Source of the DNA: Anolis carolinensis
Taxonomy: Eukaryota
Direction: 5' to 3'
Length of the DNA: 64,000 nt
Assembly: GCF_035594765.1 (NCBI RefSeq)
Contig: NC_085844.1
Span: 37,153,923 to 37,217,922, forward strand
Below the pieces are notes generated by a model. That model had not been told where the DNA came from, ran no database searches, and saw only the letters and a program-made list of their open reading frames with translations. This document shows, one piece after another, positions 53,167 to 64,000 of the stretch. Each line of letters starts with the position of its first letter. Within the stretch, counting starts at the first letter, position 1. Position numbers and translations under genes: made by a program.

Positions 53167-53380
53167 GATGCATTTACACAGCACAATTAATGTAATATAA
53201 CACCATTTTAATTGCCATGGCTCAATACTATGTAATCCTAGAGCTGAGTTGGTGAAGCACCAGCATTCTTTGGCAAAGAAGGATAAAGACCTTGTAAACT
53301 ACTGTCCCCATGAATTCATAGCATCGAGCCATAGCAATGAAAGTAGTGTCAGACTGCATTAATTCCAGTGTAGATTCACC
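53167..53380. mobile_element. Harbinger-like short MITE
   Basis: GGATGCATTTACAC..ATTAATG / CATTAATTCCAGTGTAGATTCACC ends; same family as 10918 and 24943. Confidence 0.65.
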
Positions 53381-53682
53381 TAAGGACTTTGGAATCACCT
53401 AGGCTGCTCCTATACTGTAAGAATTTATGTTGTTTGATAACACTTAGAATACAATTATATTCAGTCTATGGAAACTTAGGATTTTTAGTTTGGGGAGGTA
53501 CCAGCAAAAGCCAAAGCCGCTAGATTGGTTAAGGGCTCTTTTATCAGTCGAAACAGCAGGTTCAATCTGTGCCAGGTCTGTGAAGCAAGCTATCATTGTG
53601 TTGTCGAAGGCTTTCATGGCCGGGATCACAGGGTTGTTGTATGTCTTTCGGGCTGTGTGGCCATGTTCCAGAAGCATTCTCT

Positions 53683-53723
53683 CCTGACGTTTCGCCCACA
53701 TCTATGGCAGGCATCCTCAGAGG
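53683..53723 (-). ncRNA. Minimal type I hammerhead ribozyme (PLE-associated)
   Basis: Minus strand reads CCU-CUGAGGA-U-GCCUGC(CAUAGAU)GUGGGC-GAAA-CG-UC-AGG: conserved core, 6-bp stem II, palindromic ACGU stem III, GUC site. Confidence 0.85.
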
Positions 53724-53778
53724 TTGTGAGGTATGGAGAAAACTAAGAAAAGAGGTTAATATATATCTGTGGAAAGAC

Positions 53779-53874
53779 TAGGGTGACCTCTCTCACCCTA
53801 GTCTTTCCACTAGGGTGACCTCTCTCACCCTAGTCTTTCCACTAGGGTGACCTCTCTCACCCTAGTCTTTCCAC
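53779..53874. repeat. Three perfect tandem copies of a 32-bp hairpin unit
   Basis: TAGGGTGA-CCTCTC-TCACCCTA-GTCTTTCCAC at 53779, 53811 and 53843. Confidence 0.95.
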
Positions 53875-53919
53875 AGATATATATTAACCTCTTTTCTTAG
53901 TTTTCTCCATACCTCACAA

Positions 53920-53960
53920 CCTCTGAGGATGCCTGCCATAGATGTGGGTGAAACGTCAGG
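53920..53960 (+). ncRNA. Minimal type I hammerhead ribozyme, second copy
   Basis: CCT CTGAGGA T GCCTGC CATAGAT GTGGGT GAAA CG TC AGG; basal stem II pair is G-U instead of G-C. Confidence 0.8.
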
Positions 53961-54806
53961 AGAGAATGCTTCTGGAACATGGCCACACAGCCCGAAAGAC
54001 ATACAACAACCCAAGCTATCATTCTTCAACCAGGAGAGGGAGGTCTCATCCATCACTATTTCCAAAACGCTGTCAGTCTTCAGTTGCTTTACTTCTAATA
54101 GTTACAATGTTCCAACACTCAACTTCTCCTGTCTTCTTTCTTCACCCTGATCAAGGAGTGCCTCCATAGTTTGCATTCCACACCAGTGCCCTTTGCAGTT
54201 ACAGCATGGCGATTCTCTACTAACGTTGCTCATGTCTTCCTTTTCACCCTTTAGCTGCTTTGAGTGTCCTGTGTGAGAGGAAAGCTGGATAATAACAACA
54301 ATAATAGGAGATAACCCATGTTGGCTGCTTTTCACTGTGCATGTGTGGTGCTCTCATTTTGCTAGAATAGAAGCCATCACCACAAAGAAAAAAGGAAAAT
54401 AGGGGATCTGTATTGCAAAAGGCAAAGATTGGGTCTTGGATCAGTGACTACCAAAAGATGGGAATCACAGAATTCTGCTTGAGGGCCTTATCACACTTAT
54501 AGCTGATCTGTCCTGCTTCATCTCAAATTGGTGGGGCTGTGGGGCAAATCTGGTGCATTGCCTGCATTGCAAGTAGCAAGGAGGGGGAAAGGAAGCAGAG
54601 AGGAGGATTTGGTTGGGAGGAGACAGGCAGCTCAAAGTTTCAAATTCCTAATTTAAATCTATCTGGAAGAGGGGGAAGAAATCAATCCAGGAAAGACCCT
54701 CCTTCTTGGACCCTGAGCACCTTCAAATGGAGAAAGAGAGAAGCCAAAGGAGGAGGAGGAGGAAGAGAAGAGAGTAAGAGAGTGATTGGCAGGGAATGGG
54801 GAGGGA

Positions 54807-54807
<1 letters not shown>

Positions 54808-54845
<38 letters not shown>
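54808..54845. repeat. (AG)n microsatellite in a purine-rich tract
   Basis: Read directly. Confidence 0.9.
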
Positions 54846-57121
54846 TTTGAGGAGGAGGGTTGGGGAAAAGGGGAAGACTCAAGAGCATGGGATCAGGGTA
54901 AGGAAGGCACTCGGCAAAGCCTCCAGACCCCAAAAAGTCCAGAAAAGGGAGATCAGACAATTCTGGGAGGATGGATTTCTCCCCTGCTTGAACACTTCCT
55001 CCACAGTTTAAACAGGGAGTCCCACCAGAAGTTGCGCTGCATCATATGACAGGCAACGTGGGGTTCCATGCCTGAACTGCATTGGAAGTATCCTAGGACA
55101 CTTCCAGCGGTAAGTAGTATGCTGAAGTTTTGAATATGATTGGCAAAGGTGCCCAGAGTAAAACAGCCAGCAATTGCTGTAACACCAGTAGCAGCAGTAA
55201 ATTTCAAAACAACACAGCTATCCAGTGTTCCTGGAGAAGATATCAGTCACTTACATCAGCTGGGTTCTCAACAGCAACCATGACACAAGTAGCTAACAGA
55301 AGTTTTCCCCTGGTTCTTTTCAGATTTAACACTATCATTTTTTCTTTTATAAGTATATTGCTCCATTTGAATGTGTAGATTTATGCAAACAAACAACTAG
55401 GTTGCACCTGAGTAAGACTATCCTACCCAGATCATGTGATCAGATTTTTCCAAGTATACTGCACCTAGCTTAATTGCCAGCCTACCAAGAGAGTCCAGAA
55501 AAAAATAACTTGAGTGCAGCCTTTCCAGAACTGATGCAATTTACATATCCTACCCTAGAAATTAAGGCAAGCACCATCCACCAAACTGAACTCGTTTTAT
55601 TCAATCATGATGGGCAGACTGCCAGTAGATTAGCGTTCTTTACTGGTGTGCTCAAGGTCACTGCTCCCCTGTCATGTTTGATACACAAGGAGCCACCAAG
55701 ATATTTACTACAGAGATTTAGAACAAGTCTTTTGTATAGATGGGATAAGCATAGACCCTAGTAATTATATTTGGAATGCTTTCCAGTTTGGCTGTTTTAT
55801 AGTGTAGTTAGCATAATTGATAATCCAGCCCTCATTGGAACACAGTGGCTTTCCTGCTTTTGGCCTAGAGATATCCAGGAAGTGATATAAAGCCCAACAG
55901 GGCTTAATAGCAGCTTTTGTGTTCTGTCCCACCCTAGGTCAAAAACCCTGGAATTTCAGTGTATGTGAGCGACCATGTGTATAAATGCTGCATTTAATTA
56001 GAGAGGGGGGAAGCGAATCCCACTAAAACTTCACATTTTTATGTAAGTGGATCATCTAGTCAGGAAAGAGTATTCTTTTTTCCTTCCCTTTTTTAAAGTG
56101 TGGTATTTATGTACTCTCCCAAGGGCAACCACACTATAAAGGGACTGGTGTCTCCATATAATAAACACAAATCAATGTGCTTAAGGCACTAACTGGCAAT
56201 TATGTATAGTTTTGATTATGGGCATTAACATTTCCACAAAGGAAATATAATTACAAGGAAAGCAACATTTTTAATGCTTAGTTTGTACTTTTTGACCTAG
56301 GTTTCAATGTAGGAAAGATCCAGGAAAATTTGATTGGTATATATGAGTGTGTCTGTGTGTGTGCTTGTGCATAGTATTTGGCTGGCAACAAAAATTACAT
56401 CAAAGATTCACCACTCTCGCATGAAACTAATTACTAGTTGGTGAAGCTTGTGAAAAAGAAGTAAATTCAAGGGCGGGGCTTCCTCTTTATGACTTCATAT
56501 AGCATGTGCTATGCATCACTCACCAGTAATATGTGTAATATGTTCTTGCAGCCTGACAAGCATTCAGTGGTGGTAGTGGTGGTGATTATGATGACGATTT
56601 TGTTTCGGTGATGGGCTTTCATGTTATATGTTTAGTTTTCATAAAATTTAGATAACTGAGGATGGCAGTTAATCTTGGGTTGTTCCCATTAAAATATTTA
56701 TATCATGCCCTCTATCTAGACAGCAGCATACAATAAAAGGAATCTGATGAATATCGGTAAATACTAAAAATAATTTTAAAAGGCTAAACACACATTAAGC
56801 AGTTTTTTTAATAAATTAAAACAGAGATTGGAACTAGTTACAAAAGTTTAAAATGATTTAAAACATGTACATGAAATAATTTATGTAAAAGCAATTACGC
56901 CTCAAATATTTAGTACACAACAATGTTTTCCCTTGACATTGGAATAACAACACCTTTGGTGCCAATCAGATGAGTAATAAGAGGATGTTCCATAACTGAG
57001 GTTACCCATATGTTGGTACATAGAGGACTCTCTCTCAAGGAGACCTTAACACTCTGGAGAAGAATTCTTTCACATTTCAAAGTCCAAGACCATTTGAAAC
57101 ATTAAATGTCATCATCTATAC

Positions 57122-57256
57122 CAGTGGTAACCAACCTTTGGTCCTCTAGGTGTTTTGGACTTTAATTCCCCAAAATCCCAGCCAGTTTACCAACCGTTAG
57201 GAATGGTGGGAGCTGAAGTCCAAAACACCTGGAAGACCAAAGGTTGGGAACCACTG
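57122..57256. mobile_element. hAT (Charlie-like) MITE
   Basis: TIR CAGTGGTAACCAACC / GGTTGGGAACCACTG; same family as 32047-32180; degenerate TSD ATCTATAC / ATCTTGAA. Confidence 0.85.
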
Positions 57257-59595
57257 ATCTTGAATTCAGATCTGAAATATATTGGCAGCCACTGAAATTC
57301 TATTAACGGGAAACTATTCTTCCTCAGTGATAGCTTCATTTTTGGATCCAGTTGTTAAATGCTTCTAATCATTTGTCATCCCAGCACTAATATATTTAAA
57401 ACTTCACTGGTCTTTAGAATGTGGAGGAGAGGGACCATGGATGACTTCGCCATCTCAATCCAAACTGGATTATCTGCCCTTTGGATTTCTGCTTTGACTA
57501 AGCACTCGTGTTCGCCTCAAGCTCCACTTAATTCATGAGAAGAAAGACTTGGAAAAGTAGTATGTGGGCCACTGAAAGAAACATCTACTGTAGGATGTCT
57601 TCAGTGATAGTGGATTTACTTTGGCCAGTCCCTCTTTCCCATGTAAGTATCCAATCAGGAAGCTCATGCAGTTTGGACAAAATACTGCTTTGAGAAAATG
57701 CATGCACTGAAAAGTTGTATTTTGATTTAGCACTCATGAGAAATCCGGGGTTCTCTCTTTATGGTCATTCAAAAAGAAATTCAAGCAGAGGCGGTTCACA
57801 TTTACTAGGAAAATTTTCTATTCTACAGTGTGTTTTGTGATGTATTCCCAAATGATGGTTTAATCATCTCATAGGTTTTCCATTTAAAGTAGCTAGAATG
57901 TACATCACATTTTAATATGGATCTCTTCTAACTAATTTACTACATTAATGGCATTTACAAGTAATACATTTTTAGACTGAGAAGCCATCACTTGTGGAAA
58001 CATCCTGGAACAGATATTTCTATGGTATTCTGCCTTGATCAGACCTGGGCTACAGTCCAAATATGGCTCATTATAGTTACTGGATGAAGATAAGGAGTGG
58101 TCAATTATGGGAGTGCTAAAAATTTGTCCCTCTACCAAAGACAATTGAGCTAAACTGCAATAAGCTGATGCAGAAAAAGAAAACAGATGGTTGAACTTTG
58201 TAACATACTCATAAAAGGGAAGCAAAACCCATCAGGAGTTTTGTGCCTTGACATAAATAAGAAACTTTTTAAGATCCAGGATTTGTTCTGATGTGAGATT
58301 TGAAGTCCATGAGAGAATCCTGTTGCAGTGATTCCCATGAATGCAACTGCATATAGAGATTTCATGCTGCAATGGAAGAACAGTTTTGCTTGCTTATAGA
58401 TGATCTTATGAACCACAGCTGTCCAAAAATTAATTCTATGAATATGGATGGACAGTGAATTAGTCACTATGAAACTAATTTCATACAAAAAACATACACA
58501 TTAAGACTCAAGTCAGAACTGTAAACAATTACAACACAAATGGAATCTAGTGAGGGCAATCGAACTACAGTGTTTCCCTAATGCATTGCTTTCAATACAC
58601 ACAAGGCTCATTTAGCAAATCTTCCAGAGTGGGCCTATGTTTTGTTTTGTTTGCATGTATGTAGTGGGAAATTCCTATTTTGAAATATTTCCTTTCTTTT
58701 GTCCTCTCTTCCCCTGTAGTTTTATAGATATTAAACACACCAAAAGCCCATGCAGGGCCTCTCCGTTCTTTTTTCATTGACAAACTTGAAACAAAAATAA
58801 ATCTGAAAACTAACATGCTTTATTTTGTCTTGCTTCCACTTGGGGAGGCTCAAACCATTTATTTCTTGACTTGAGTAAAAATCAATCATATTTCCAACAT
58901 TCTTTACCTTGATTCTAGAAGCAGGAGCCTTTGTTATACTTCAAGCCCAACTAAAGTTTCAATGAAAATCTAAATCCTATCCAAATAGAAATTATTAGAA
59001 TGGCAGCACATCATATATCACACATACAGCAGTAATACACTATTCAGTAAATGTCATGTGATTTTAATGCTGCATGTCAGATCTTCTAATTTATTAAGTA
59101 TTACATTTTTAAAAAATTCAATTCCTCTTTCCTGTTTTATATTAAAATATATTCATTTTATTCTCCTTATCTATTATTTCTTGACAATATTCACTTTTTT
59201 GTCCCTTTTAAAAATTATCCCTGCTACCCTTTCTTAAGTTTCCCCCCTCATACCCAGGGTGTTCACTGTCATTAACAATCACAATAATTAGTACCATATG
59301 TTCCTTCTCTCTCCATTATGCTTTTTGTGAGACTTGCATAGTTATGATTTGTTTCTGGTTTTTTGCCAATATTCTCTGAGTCCAATCCACTATTCACTCT
59401 TATGAGTACATGAGACCTCTCTATAGTATTCACATCTTCTTCTTGTATTAATCTCTTACACATATACACAGATAAAGATTATCAAGGTATAATAGTTTAG
59501 TCTTTCTAATTAACAATTGTGTCACCTCCTTCCTTCTTTTCATGTCAACTACTAATCTCCTGTGTGCAAAACTGGAACCCCGTTGGCCCACGATA

Positions 59596-59803
59596 ACCCC
59601 ATTTGCACTGACCATTTAATGCAAAGCTAGTTTCTAATTGTAGCAGTCAGACAACAAACTCCACAAAAGTGTGTGAACAAAAAGGCTTAATGTACATCAG
59701 TGCTCTGTGGTTTGTGTAATCACCCTCCATACCTCTAATTGGTTCCAGAATTTCCTATATCATCTGTTTTGAAACTGCATTAAATGGTCAGTGTAGATGG
59801 GGC
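59596..59803. mobile_element. Harbinger-like MITE
   Basis: CCCCATTTGCACTGACCATTTAATGCA / TGCATTAAATGGTCAGTGTAGATGGGG. Confidence 0.75.
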
Positions 59804-62800
59804 ATATGCTAAGAGTTGGACTTCCCCCCATAATTATTCCCCCTTGGGAAAGGGCTCAATGACTCTAAGTACAATGGATTTTCCATAGAAACAAAGAGAA
59901 TATTTTAGAGCCTAAATGTGATTGGATTTAATACTTTAAGTGTGCCATTGCTATTTCATATTGATTATCACACTAGTCCAGTAGGGCATGCACAAAGTAA
60001 ATGGTTTGCATGTTTTTTAAAAAATATATTTCACAAATTATATTTGGAATGGAGAGGTGAAAAGAACTACATTGAAGTTCTGACCCTAGAAAACAATTGA
60101 AACCTGATGCTGACAGTTCATATTCCCAGTAGAAGGAGGAATGTAGGTATGTGTTAAGGCTGGCACTCATAATCACATACTATTTATAAACATTTGAATC
60201 TTTATCATTATAACTGATTAATAAGTCATGACTGTATAATCCTGTGTACAAACCATACAAGATTACAGCCTGGAATAAGGAAAGGTTCAGTTCACAGTTG
60301 AATGCAAACCTACCCAATACTGCATTTTCAAACTGATCCATCGATCAAAACATAGTTCTGCTTCAACATTTTGCACTTTTTCAAAAATATTTACAAAATT
60401 ATGCATATTATACAAAAACTCATGTTAGGAAAAAAGGTTTAACATATATTAAGAAGATAGTTTGCAAAAAATAAAAATATTTGCTACATACAGAAGTGCA
60501 GCAAAGGATATCTCATGGATAATGAACATATCTCATGAGGACGGCTCCTATTGGATTATAAATATAAACCTTCATAAATGTTGTTCTTGCAGGCCAAATG
60601 GAATCATTTTACCATTTGTATCCTTGCTGCAAGGTCATTCAAAGCTGTCCAGGTTTTGAAAATTATTCATAGCTCAGGATTTATTCTGTAACAAAACAAA
60701 TTGCACGTGGATAAAACTCTGTTTCTGGATAAAACAGGATTTTCTGCAATAAAATACTATTCTACCTAGAAAAAAAATCTGAATGAAAAAAACATTTCTG
60801 AATACAAATTTTCTATATTTTTACATAGAATTGTTTTTAATGGAGAAATGTCATTTTCACTCAGAAATATTATTTTCTGAAATCTGTTTAGTTTCCACTT
60901 TAATGCAAATAAAACTAATTTCACATTTTCAAACCAACACATATATAAAAGAAAAGTGTGCAGAAATGTTATATGTGCATTCTCATCACAAAATGTCTCA
61001 AACTGCAAAAGTTATTATTTGTATGTTTTGCTTGATCAGGATTTTGAGCATTTTTATGCCAAATATATTTGATTATTCTTTTCATTCTAATAGCAGACTG
61101 CAACTGAATCGGGGTGAAGCTCTTGCATTTCCTGCATGGAAACATTACTGTAGTTTAACGTTGAAGAAAGAGCGTTGCATCTCTTTACCAGAGTTTATAG
61201 GCTGCTGGTTCCTGAGATTCTTGGACTCGTGTCATGTTTTTCTTTATTTGCATCTGACCCTAGGCTTTTCTCAGATTTGTGTGTTGATTCCCTGCACTTG
61301 GCTTTCCTGATTCTCCAGTGAGACTTTTCTTATTTGGACCCTGGCTCTGTTTCCTGGCTTCTCTCTATCTGTTCTGTCTTCTAACTCTGCAAGTCTTTGT
61401 TGGTGTTAACTTTAAACTACTTGACCCTACTACTAGAATTGACCTGCCTTAAAAACAGGGCAAATTTTATTATTTTTAATCATAAAGTTCATGGTGAATA
61501 GAATATTAAATCTCAAAGTGTGGGCGCAAAATCCTCCAAGAATTTAAAACTGACTGGACCAGCAAACAGAAGAAATTGAGTAGTTCATCCTACTTTCATT
61601 TTCCTTTTCAAATCTTTCCTCTTAACTGAAAGGTTATCTGCTCCTTCCTACCTTCATATTCCTCACATATCCCTCTGAGCCTCTTCTTTTGCAGCCAAAT
61701 TTCATCTGTCTGGTTTTATGTTTTAGGAATCCTGATTCTACAAACTGATAGTTTATTTGCCAGCTAAAAAGGATTTTACTTATATGTTTGGATAGACCAT
61801 GCATATGCTGTACTCCTTATAGTGAACTAATTATCTGGAACTGAAAAGGGGATGTGGGAGGAATCATTTTTTCCTTTCCACTGACAAAACCAAATTCATT
61901 TGCAAAAATTTTGTTGCACCCTGTCAAGTATTTCTTTCCATTATGCATATGTTATTTCTGTGATAAAAGTAGTGAACACTGATACACTTCCATTCTGTTC
62001 AGTGTGAACATCAATGAGGCACTTCTAACCTGAATCCTTTCTCTCTGCATCATATGGCAGGATTTACAAAAACTGAAGTGGCTTCAGCACATGTTTAATC
62101 CATGCTGCATTATACCTTTCTTTAAGGGAGAAGGCGAAGATTTCAATACTACCAACCATAACAAACAGAAGTGAATTTGGCAGGAGGGCTTATATAAATA
62201 GAAAACGGCTTTGTATACATAATGTTTCTATTCTCCCAATTACAACATGATTGTGGATATACATATTAAATGAATAACACTTTTAAAGTTGAGTTATAAT
62301 AAAGATATACATTCTGACTCTGTATAGCTCTCCCTGTTCCAAATTGTAAGAGTTCTGTTTACTCCAGGTTGCCTTTATGACAGAGGAATTCCATATCGAG
62401 CTGTTCTTGGCTTTTAAATCTGATACAAATATATCCAAAACTTTTAAAATGAGGATTTTTTAATTTTAAAAAGACATAGACTACATAAGTAGGCATTTAA
62501 CAAGCAGAGGCATTTCAAGTCTTTCTAGTAATCAAAGAAGACTGGATTCATCAGTGGCCCCATCTAATGGTAAGGTAAAATAATAAATTATCCTAGAAAC
62601 ACAGGTAATCAACTACAAAAAAGATTATGTTGACAAAATGTAATGTGACTGAGGTCAGGGCCTGCTGATTAGACCTCAAGTAAGAGAATAGGAGGGCAGA
62701 CAAGCCCTGTCACTCCCACCATATCCAAATCTCTAGACAGCAATAGAGACTGTTCCACAGCTGTTTTAAGGGCCCAAAGCCAAGGGAAAAACTATAGCAC

Positions 62801-63460
62801 TGTCTAGAGATCCAGATGTTGCTGCTGCTGTTGAAAATAGCCAAGCCAGAGGTTGTCATGTGGGTACTGCAGTTGCCAAACTTGACAGCCTGGAGCCACA
62901 GCTGTTGCCTTTGTTGCGGGAAATGTGTGGAGCATAAGATGAATAATAACATTGCCAGCATGGTGGGAGGTAGCTCCCAAGTTAAGACGCAAGTGGTATG
63001 GGAAGGGAGCTCTTGAATGACTGTGTAACTGTCATGCTCAATTAGAAGAAACAGTGGCACTAATAAAACATACGTTTGCAACTGTGTAACCCCCGAGATA
63101 CATGTGCAAGTCAGTAGAACTGCCATTCTTAGACATAAGATGCATGATGCCATTGTCTCTCATTTGCAGCAATAAACTCAAGGGAAACACACAATAATAA
63201 TTGAATTTGTTACACTTATATACAGCCTTTCTATAACAGCTGCACACTTAGTGAAAAGATGTAATCAAGAACTGCACTCCTAAGTATATGCACATAGCAG
63301 ATATATGTCTTTATTTTTGCCTATGTGTGTGTATAGATGTGTATATAATTTATATGTTTTTTGTTTATGTAAGGGGTACTGTTCCCTACTACTTATGTAA
63401 TGAGTTACAGGGAATGTAGTTACAGCAGCAGCAATGAGGTGGTGCATAGAAAAAAAAATA

Positions 63461-63676
63461 CAGTTGGACCATAGCATCTACTAGGAGTTTACTCCAGGAC
63501 GCCCCCACCCCCATGGATACCCAAGTCCCATGATATAGAATGACATGGTAAAATGGTGTTTCTTATATAAAATGGTGAAAACTAAATTTGCCTTTCTGAA
63601 TTAAAAAAAAAACATTTTCAAGCCATGGATCATTGAATCCATGGATGCATAATTTGTGGGTATGGAGGGCCAACTG
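63461..63676. mobile_element. Tigger-like MITE
   Basis: TA-CAGTTGGACC ... GGGCCAACTG-TA. Confidence 0.75.
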
Positions 63677-64000
63677 TATACTGAGACAGCAGCAAAGTAT
63701 GTGAAGATGGTAAGATATCAAAATCAGTTGTACCACACTGTACTGACATCTGCTCTGAAACATATTTCATATAGGGTAACTATTCTCTTGCTAATTTCTA
63801 TTGGTCCCACTATCATCTAGTGAGGATATAGGAAAGAATCTTCTTGGTGGTTATTCCCAGATTGTTATGAAGCAAGTATGGATCCCCACTGAAGGCACTG
63901 CTCAAATAATTCTGAATTCTGTTTGGGGTAACCTTTATCATCTTCTGGCCTGATCTCACCATCACCCTGGACTACGTCATTGCAGGCAATAGCCAACAGG

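Larger units (their letters stand above)
53598..54011. mobile_element. Penelope-like element pLTR insertion with inverted arms
   Basis: Arms 53631-53786 and 53857-54012 are reverse complements with 1 mismatch in 156 bp; 33-nt extra 3' tail on the left arm only; TSD CAAGCTATCATT (53586-53597, 54012-54023). Confidence 0.9.

Noticed and set aside
53779-53874. CRISPR-like 32-bp palindromic repeats
   Set aside because: Units are contiguous with no unique spacers, there are no cas genes, the context is eukaryotic, and the sequence derives from the flanking PLE arms
60783-61310. 175-aa ORF, among the longest in the track
   Set aside because: Phe/Cys/Ile-rich translation of AT-rich repeat-like DNA with no recognisable domain
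62710-63153. 147-aa minus-strand ORF
   Set aside because: No recognisable motif or splice context; composition is not convincingly coding

Overview
AT-rich, CpG-depleted vertebrate genomic DNA from a squamate reptile. The repeat mix (Sauria SINE, RTE, CR1, L2, Dong/R4, Penelope-like element, many hAT/Tc1-mariner/Harbinger MITEs) most resembles Anolis; this assignment is an inference. I recognise no intact host gene, tRNA/rRNA or CRISPR array, so the window looks intronic or intergenic. The recognisable ORFs are LINE reverse-transcriptase fragments and most others appear to be chance. The most notable structure is a very young Penelope-like insertion at 53598-54011. It has a 12-bp TSD, two 156-bp inverted arms each carrying a minimal hammerhead ribozyme, and a 32-bp hairpin unit repeated three times at the turn-around point. 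Also notable: four unrelated retroelement families each occur as closely spaced head-to-head inverted pairs, several DNA transposons carry fragments of other elements, and several insertions are nested. All calls were made by eye without database searches, and boundaries of old repeats are approximate.
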